From: an uncultured Candidatus Saccharibacteria bacterium
GTDB taxonomy: Bacteria > Patescibacteriota > Dojkabacteria > J137 > JAEUSD01
Direction of reading: 5' to 3'
Length of the DNA stretch: 27,076 bases
Assembly: GCA_964525705.1 (NCBI GenBank)
Contig: CAZGHV010000001.1
Span: forward strand, 1-27,076
The translations under genes and the position numbers were made by a program. Of this stretch, positions 22,043-27,076 are shown one piece after another. Each line of letters opens with the position of its first letter. The first letter of the stretch is position 1. Under the pieces are notes generated by a model. That model was not told the origin of the DNA. It worked only from the letters and a program-made list of their open reading frames with translations, and made no database searches.

Positions 22043-24435
22043 TTTTTCTCCTGGTTTCTGGCGGCTTCCATTTCTTCTGCTAGTAGGCGCATATAAAGTG
22101 AGTAGCCAATCTCCGATATGTGGCCATGTTGCTCTTCGCCCAAAATATTACCTGCACCTCGCAGCTCTAAATCTCTGCTAGCAACCCCAAAACCTGCTCC
22201 AAGTTCTGTGGATGAAACTAGTGCTTCTAGTCTGGGCAAGTAGTTGAGTGTGTGTATTTTCTCTGGTTCTGTGAGTTCTGTGGGTACAGAGTGGAATAAA
22301 TAGCAATAAGCTTGTTTTGGCGATCTGCCCACCCTTCCGCGTAGTTGGTACAGTTGCGCAAGTCCAAATCTTTCTGCTTGGTGAACAATTAGTGTATTTA
22401 CATTTGGCATATCCAAGCCATTTTCGATAATAGTTGTGCAGAGCAAGACATCGCTCTTTCTCGTGAAGAAGTTTGTCATACGCTTTTCTAGCTCTGCAGG
22501 TGAAAGTTGTCCATGAGCTACAGTGATTTTAGCAGAGGGGATAACCTGCGATAACTGAGCATGTATGGACTCTATGTCCTCTACTCTGTTGTGCACAAAA
22601 TAGACTTGGCCATCACGCTCCAGCTCAAATATGATTCTTTTTACGACATCATTCCAACTGAACGGAGCTAACTTTGTTATTATTGGCTTTCTGCCGATTG
22701 GTGGCGTCGAAATGATGGATATATCTTGGACGGTAGATAGTGCCAACCCAAGTGTGCGCGGTATAGGTGTAGCACTGACTGACAAATGATGGCTAGCAAA
22801 GCTGATAGCACGCAGCTTCTCCTTTTGTGCTACTCCAAATTTTTGTTCTTCATCAACGACAATTAAACCCAGTTTTGGTAGTTTGCTAGTAATGTGCAGA
22901 AGTGCATGAGTTCCTATAACTACATCTATCTTACCAGCTGTGACCTGCTCTCGGATCTGACGGTTTTCACTAGGTTGGTTAGTTCTAGACAATTGAGCAA
23001 TTTGCACACCTGTGTTGTGAAATCTTTCCTGAAACACTGCAAAATGTTGGGTACTAAGTACTGTTGTGGGACAAAGTACAAAAGCTTGAAAGCCAGCCTC
23101 TACAGTCTTAAAAACTGCACGCATGATAACTTCAGTTTTGCCGAAACCCACATCCCCAACCAAAAGTCGATCCATAGGTGTCTGCTTTGACATATCAAAC
23201 AAAATCTCATTCACAGATCTTTCTTGATCTGTGGTAAGTGGATATGGAAACCTGGATACAAATTGATGGTAAGCAGGCGAATCCTGATTAGCAATGGCTA
23301 CAGCTGTAGACACTTTACGTAGTGCGTGGTGAGCCAAAAGCTGCCGGGCAAGTGTTTTAACGGATTTAGTTATTTTTTGTTTGGTACGCTGCCACTCCTG
23401 CCTACCAAGTTGGCTTAGCCTCGGTTGTTTATGACCGATAAATCTAGATAATTTGCTGACTTGGGAAACTGGAAGTAGCAACTGATCATCTCCAGCAAAT
23501 TGTAAGTTAAGATAGGCATTTGTTACTCCAGATACGGTTTCTTGCGTTAAGCCACTATAGATTGCAATCCCATAAACTTCGTGAACTACATAATCTCCGA
23601 CAGATATTTCACTATCAATTTGAGCAAGCAATTTGCTGGCATTATTGTGTGTTGTATTTGCTGTAGATAAAAATATAGTGCCAAATATTTCTCTGTCTGT
23701 GAGAACTACTAGCTTCTGAGACTCAGATACAAATCCCGCTGCAAGAGCATCTGGAAGCAATTCCCATTGGCGATGAGGTGTTTGTAATTTCCATAGTTGA
23801 GCAGGTATTTCTGCGGAGTGCTTGGATAATATCTTGACACTATATCCCTGAGCGAGCCAGCGCTCCAATTCTAAAGCCAGGAGGTCATATCTTCCCCAGA
23901 ATAGCTGAGGAAAAGTAAAGTCTGTCTCCGTCAATGAATTTGTATATTTTGTATTCACCAGCATGCTGGGGATCTGAGTAGTAAAAACTATTCTCTCGTC
24001 GCCTAACGATTCCAGAACTATATGCATACTGCTGATATCTGAATCTGTGAGCGGAAAGCTGCTAACCATGAGTTTCTCCAGCTTCTTTATAGTCATGCCT
24101 GTCTCAGATTGGAACAGTTGGATTTCAGATATTTGATCATAATCTAGCCTGATTCTGATAGGGTATTCGTAACCTGGGGGCCATAAAGCCAGGGTCTCCC
24201 CCAGTATTTGATACTCGTACTTGCCTGTGATTGTTTTTACTTTTACCCAGGGCTCTTGATGCAAAATATCTGTTAAGACTGTGGACTCTTTCCCGGGTGT
24301 GATTTGGTTCACATTTGCCAAATATCGCCAGATAGGAATGGAAAGGGATGTAGCGTAAATACTGCACCTGTGATGGTTGAGCAGATATTGCTGCAGGTGT
24401 GGCAATGTCTTGTAAATCTTTACTACTGCTTCCAT
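22024..24435 (-). CDS. mfd: Transcription-repair coupling factor Mfd lacking the C-terminal TRCF (D7) domain, 803 aa
   Basis: Eroded UvrB-homology region, CarD-like RID (VGDYVVHEVYGIAIYSGL), PMDRLLVGDVGFGKTEV, DEEQKFGV, SATPIPRTL, FGLAQLYQLRGRVGRS, DLELRGAGNILGEEQHGHI..IGYSLY, then stop. Confidence 0.95.
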   Translation of the reverse strand: MEAVVKIYKTLPHLQQYLLNHHRCSIYATSLSIPIWRYLANVNQITPGKESTVLTDILHQEPWVKVKTITGKYEYQILGETLALWPPGYEYPIRIRLDYDQISEIQLFQSETGMTIKKLEKLMVSSFPLTDSDISSMHIVLESLGDERIVFTTQIPSMLVNTKYTNSLTETDFTFPQLFWGRYDLLALELERWLAQGYSVKILSKHSAEIPAQLWKLQTPHRQWELLPDALAAGFVSESQKLVVLTDREIFGTIFLSTANTTHNNASKLLAQIDSEISVGDYVVHEVYGIAIYSGLTQETVSGVTNAYLNLQFAGDDQLLLPVSQVSKLSRFIGHKQPRLSQLGRQEWQRTKQKITKSVKTLARQLLAHHALRKVSTAVAIANQDSPAYHQFVSRFPYPLTTDQERSVNEILFDMSKQTPMDRLLVGDVGFGKTEVIMRAVFKTVEAGFQAFVLCPTTVLSTQHFAVFQERFHNTGVQIAQLSRTNQPSENRQIREQVTAGKIDVVIGTHALLHITSKLPKLGLIVVDEEQKFGVAQKEKLRAISFASHHLSVSATPIPRTLGLALSTVQDISIISTPPIGRKPIITKLAPFSWNDVVKRIIFELERDGQVYFVHNRVEDIESIHAQLSQVIPSAKITVAHGQLSPAELEKRMTNFFTRKSDVLLCTTIIENGLDMPNVNTLIVHQAERFGLAQLYQLRGRVGRSPKQAYCYLFHSVPTELTEPEKIHTLNYLPRLEALVSSTELGAGFGVASRDLELRGAGNILGEEQHGHISEIGYSLYMRLLAEEMEAARNQEKNYAFNL

Positions 24436-24440
24436 AGTGC

Positions 24441-26912
24441 TTATAGAAGACCAAGTTGTTGAGGAGTAGCTGTAGACTTCTGGTTATGTTTGTCTCTTCC
24501 AGAGGGACTACTGCTGTTTGTTTGTAGCTGCTTGAGAATATCATTTGCACGCGTAATTACTTCGGCGGGAACTCCAGCCATTTTGGCAACATGCACACCG
24601 TAGCTGCGGCTTGCTGTGCCTGGAACTATTTGATGCTTAAACACAATCTCATTGTTTGTGGCAGTCACAGCGACTTGCATTGCAAATATTTGTGAATATT
24701 TGTCACAAAGTTGTCCTAACTCATGGTAGTGAGTGGCAAATAGTGCCGCGCATTTACATTTCTCAATAAGATATTCTGCTACCGACCAAGCAATGGCGAC
24801 CCCATCATAGGTGCTAGTGCCTCTACCTACTTCATCCAGGATTACCAAACTTTTTGGGGTGGCATTATTGAGGATATTCGCAGTTTCAATCATTTCTACC
24901 ATGAAAGTGGACTCGCCCCCAGCCAAATTATCGGAAGCTCCTACACGTGTAAATATTCTGTCAACTAAAGAAAACCTCATTTGGTTTGCGGGAACAAAAG
25001 ATCCTATCTGTGCCATCAAAACTAGTAGTGCAACTTGTCGAATGTAAGTAGATTTGCCGGCCATATTTGGTCCAGTGAGTAGCATGAACCTTTTCTGGGC
25101 ATCAAAGCTGGTGTTATTTGGCACAAAGTCCAGGTTGTGTCTTTCCACAACAGGGTGTCTACCAGCTTCTATTTCCAAGTGTTCCCCAGGGCATAATTCT
25201 GGCTTGATATAGCGGTATTGTCTGGCAGTAAAAGCAAATCCGGATAAGACATCTATTTGAGATATTAGAGAAGATAACTTAAGTAATTGCGGAATATATG
25301 CAGCGATTTGATCTCGTATTGATAAGAATAGCTCAAATTCTAGCGCTCGGAGTCGCTCATCTGCAGAGAGCACTTCCTCTTCCAATTGTTTTAGCTCTGG
25401 AGTAATGTAGCGTTCTGCATTTGCCAATGTCTGTTTACGAATGTAATGTTCTGGGACTTTGTGCGAGTGCGTATGCGTTACCTCGATGAAGTACCCAAAA
25501 ACTCTGTTGTAGGAGACTTTGAGTGATGGGATACCTGTTTGAGCGGCTTCTCTTGTTTGGATTTGAGTTAAGGTAATTTTATTATCTTGACGAAGTGTGC
25601 GCAGTTTATCAATTTCTTGATTGAATCCAGACACAATCACTCCCCCCATAGCAACATCGATGGGTGCTTCTGGACTGATGGATGAGACTATTAGCTGGAT
25701 GGTTGATTCTACCCAAGGAGAGTCTTCCAAATATGATTTTAATTCGGTCAAATGTTTGGAACCGTGGGTGGTTTTAATTTCGTGCAAAATCCCTAAGCAA
25801 ACCCCTAGGCTCTCTCGCAGTGAGTTCAGATCTCTAGGATTGGCAGAATTATTTCCTATCCTTCCAGCTATGCGCTCCATGTCACTTAGAGACTTAAGTT
25901 TTTCCCTCAGCTTCTCATTTAGCAAGCCGTCTGCCACCAAAATATCCACAGTCTGCCACCTCTCTTCTAAATCATTGCTCACAAGCAAAGGTCTCAGTAG
26001 CCATTGATATAGGAGTCTTCTTCCCATACTATTACTGCATTCATCAAGTACTGTAAGTAACGAAGAATTGGCATTTCCCCTGATTGACTGGACTAACTCG
26101 AGATTACGTACTGCATTACCGTCAAGTATCATGAAGTTTTGATTTTGGTAACTGGAGATTTTTTGTAACTGAGGAAGCGCAGTCTGCTGTGTCTCTATGA
26201 CGTGACCAAACAGACCCCCAAGTGCAGAGACAATAGCTGTATCTCCATTTGTGATCCCATATCCTGCCAGAGTTGTGACTCCTAACTGCGTGCAAACTAT
26301 TTGCGTGGCTCCGTTCGGATCGAATAGTTTTTTTTCTTTTGTTGTGGTGACGAAGTGCTCGGTAACGAAATTGGTTAAGTTATCTTTGCAGCCATGAGCA
26401 ACAATTACTTCTGCGGGAGAGAGCCTTTCCAATTCAGTGGTAATAATTTGTAGTTCTGAAGTCTGGAAGTATTGAACCGGACCAGTAGAGATATCGCTAA
26501 ACGCGAGAGCGTATTTGTTTGTCGTAGTATCTGTGTACACGGCTGCTAAATAGTTGGGGATATGCTCTGCTAGCATCTCATCCTCTGTGATAGTGCCGGC
26601 AGTATATATGCGTTTTACTCCCCTCTCTACGAGCTCTCCTGGTTGTGGCTGTGAGAGCTGGTCAACGACGACCACTGTGATGCCAGCTTTCAAAAGCTTG
26701 GGTAAATAGTTGTCCAAAGCATGAAACGGTATTCCTGCCATAGGTACACGATTATGATCTTTGCCCCGACCAGTGAGAGTGATACCTAGAACCTCGGATA
26801 CTTTTTCTGCATCAGCATTGAATGCTTCATAAAAATCCCCGAGCCGAAAAAGCATTACCCCATCTGGGTGCTCTTCTTTGAGTTGCTTGTATTGTTTCTG
26901 CATGGGGGTCAT
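24441..26912 (-). CDS. mutS: DNA mismatch repair protein MutS1, 823 aa
   Basis: MTPMQKQY...FRLGDFYE, PMAGIPFHA, GRHPVVE, TGPNMAGKSTYIRQ, DRIFTRVGASD, STFMVEM, DEVGRGTSTYDG, FATHYHEL. C-terminal QQLGLL resembles a beta-clamp motif. Start at ATG 26912, since the longer ORF runs into the tRNA. Confidence 0.98.
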   Translation of the reverse strand: MTPMQKQYKQLKEEHPDGVMLFRLGDFYEAFNADAEKVSEVLGITLTGRGKDHNRVPMAGIPFHALDNYLPKLLKAGITVVVVDQLSQPQPGELVERGVKRIYTAGTITEDEMLAEHIPNYLAAVYTDTTTNKYALAFSDISTGPVQYFQTSELQIITTELERLSPAEVIVAHGCKDNLTNFVTEHFVTTTKEKKLFDPNGATQIVCTQLGVTTLAGYGITNGDTAIVSALGGLFGHVIETQQTALPQLQKISSYQNQNFMILDGNAVRNLELVQSIRGNANSSLLTVLDECSNSMGRRLLYQWLLRPLLVSNDLEERWQTVDILVADGLLNEKLREKLKSLSDMERIAGRIGNNSANPRDLNSLRESLGVCLGILHEIKTTHGSKHLTELKSYLEDSPWVESTIQLIVSSISPEAPIDVAMGGVIVSGFNQEIDKLRTLRQDNKITLTQIQTREAAQTGIPSLKVSYNRVFGYFIEVTHTHSHKVPEHYIRKQTLANAERYITPELKQLEEEVLSADERLRALEFELFLSIRDQIAAYIPQLLKLSSLISQIDVLSGFAFTARQYRYIKPELCPGEHLEIEAGRHPVVERHNLDFVPNNTSFDAQKRFMLLTGPNMAGKSTYIRQVALLVLMAQIGSFVPANQMRFSLVDRIFTRVGASDNLAGGESTFMVEMIETANILNNATPKSLVILDEVGRGTSTYDGVAIAWSVAEYLIEKCKCAALFATHYHELGQLCDKYSQIFAMQVAVTATNNEIVFKHQIVPGTASRSYGVHVAKMAGVPAEVITRANDILKQLQTNSSSPSGRDKHNQKSTATPQQLGLL

Positions 26913-26917
26913 TGTAC

Positions 26918-26926
26918 ATTTTATCA
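26918..26926 (-). promoter_or_regulatory. Extended -10, probable leaderless promoter for mutS-mfd
   Basis: TGaTAAAAT-gtaca-ATG(26912). Confidence 0.6.
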
Positions 26927-26941
26927 AACTATAGAAATCGT

Positions 26942-27025
26942 TGCCGGGAGGGAGGGTCGAACTCCCACGGCCGTGAAGCCACATGCTCCTAAGGCATGCG
27001 TGTATACCAATTTCACCACCCCGGC
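26942..27025 (-). tRNA. tRNA-Leu (anticodon TAG), CCA not encoded
   Basis: Acceptor GCCGGGG/UCCCGGC plus A73; D-loop GGUA; anticodon arm CAUGC-CUUAGGA-GCAUG; long variable arm; T arm GGGAG-UUCGACC-CUCCC. Followed by ACG rather than CCA. Confidence 0.96.
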
Positions 27026-27042
27026 ATTATGAGGTTGACTGG

Positions 27043-27051
27043 ATTCTATCA
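27043..27051 (-). promoter_or_regulatory. Extended -10 promoter for tRNA-Leu
   Basis: TGaTAGAAT, 17 nt upstream of the mature tRNA 5' end. Confidence 0.55.
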
Positions 27052-27076
27052 CAAATCAACAGGCTCTGTGTTAAAC

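Noticed and set aside
9983-26912. nth, uvrB, mfd and mutS as a dedicated DNA-repair island
   Set aside because: They are interspersed with unrelated housekeeping genes on both strands, and most have their own promoters (mfd appears co-transcribed with mutS). Proximity is expected in a small genome.
26913-26984. N-terminal extension of the mutS ORF (MWLHGRG...)
   Set aside because: Runs through tRNA-Leu. MTPMQKQY is the canonical MutS start.
26942-27025. tRNA-Leu as an integration site for a mobile element
   Set aside because: No integrase, no duplicated tRNA 3' fragment, and the flanking gene is core mutS.
1-27076. CRISPR array, IS elements, prophage, rRNA
   Set aside because: No regularly spaced repeats, transposase, integrase, phage structural genes or rRNA-like segments; nearly all sequence is explained by the listed genes.

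Overview
A 27-kb, gene-dense chromosomal segment with no CRISPR array, IS element or prophage. The gene content suggests a Patescibacteria/CPR genome (inference): eukaryote/archaea-type ProRS, AspRS without its GAD domain, Mfd without its C-terminal domain, a DUF5665-like protein, almost no Shine-Dalgarno sites and overlapping convergent genes. Core genes are a Clp ATPase (partial, with an upstream CIRCE-like operator), pcm, proS, nth, uvrB, aspS, a thermonuclease, hpf, mnmA, ppaC, a degenerate MurE-like gene, mfd, mutS and tRNA-Leu(TAG). Main points of interest: (1) a 1922-aa Cys-rich, membrane-anchored protein combining two clan GH-A-like barrels (one apparently inactive), a lytic-transglycosylase-like domain and two M23 peptidases; (2) this gene and a second, CHAP/NlpC-like hydrolase gene each have a promoter-positioned ATG separated from the main ORF by one missing base in a homopolymer at codons 3-4; (3) AspRS fused to a YbaK/ProXp editing domain, behind a T-box riboswitch, near a ProRS that lacks its own editing domain; (4) several stripped-down enzymes (Nth without Fe-S cysteines, ProRS without its Zn site, MurE without its P-loop lysine, Mfd without its autoinhibitory domain); (5) widespread apparent leaderless gene starts. 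All domain calls come from manual motif recognition; no database searches were run.
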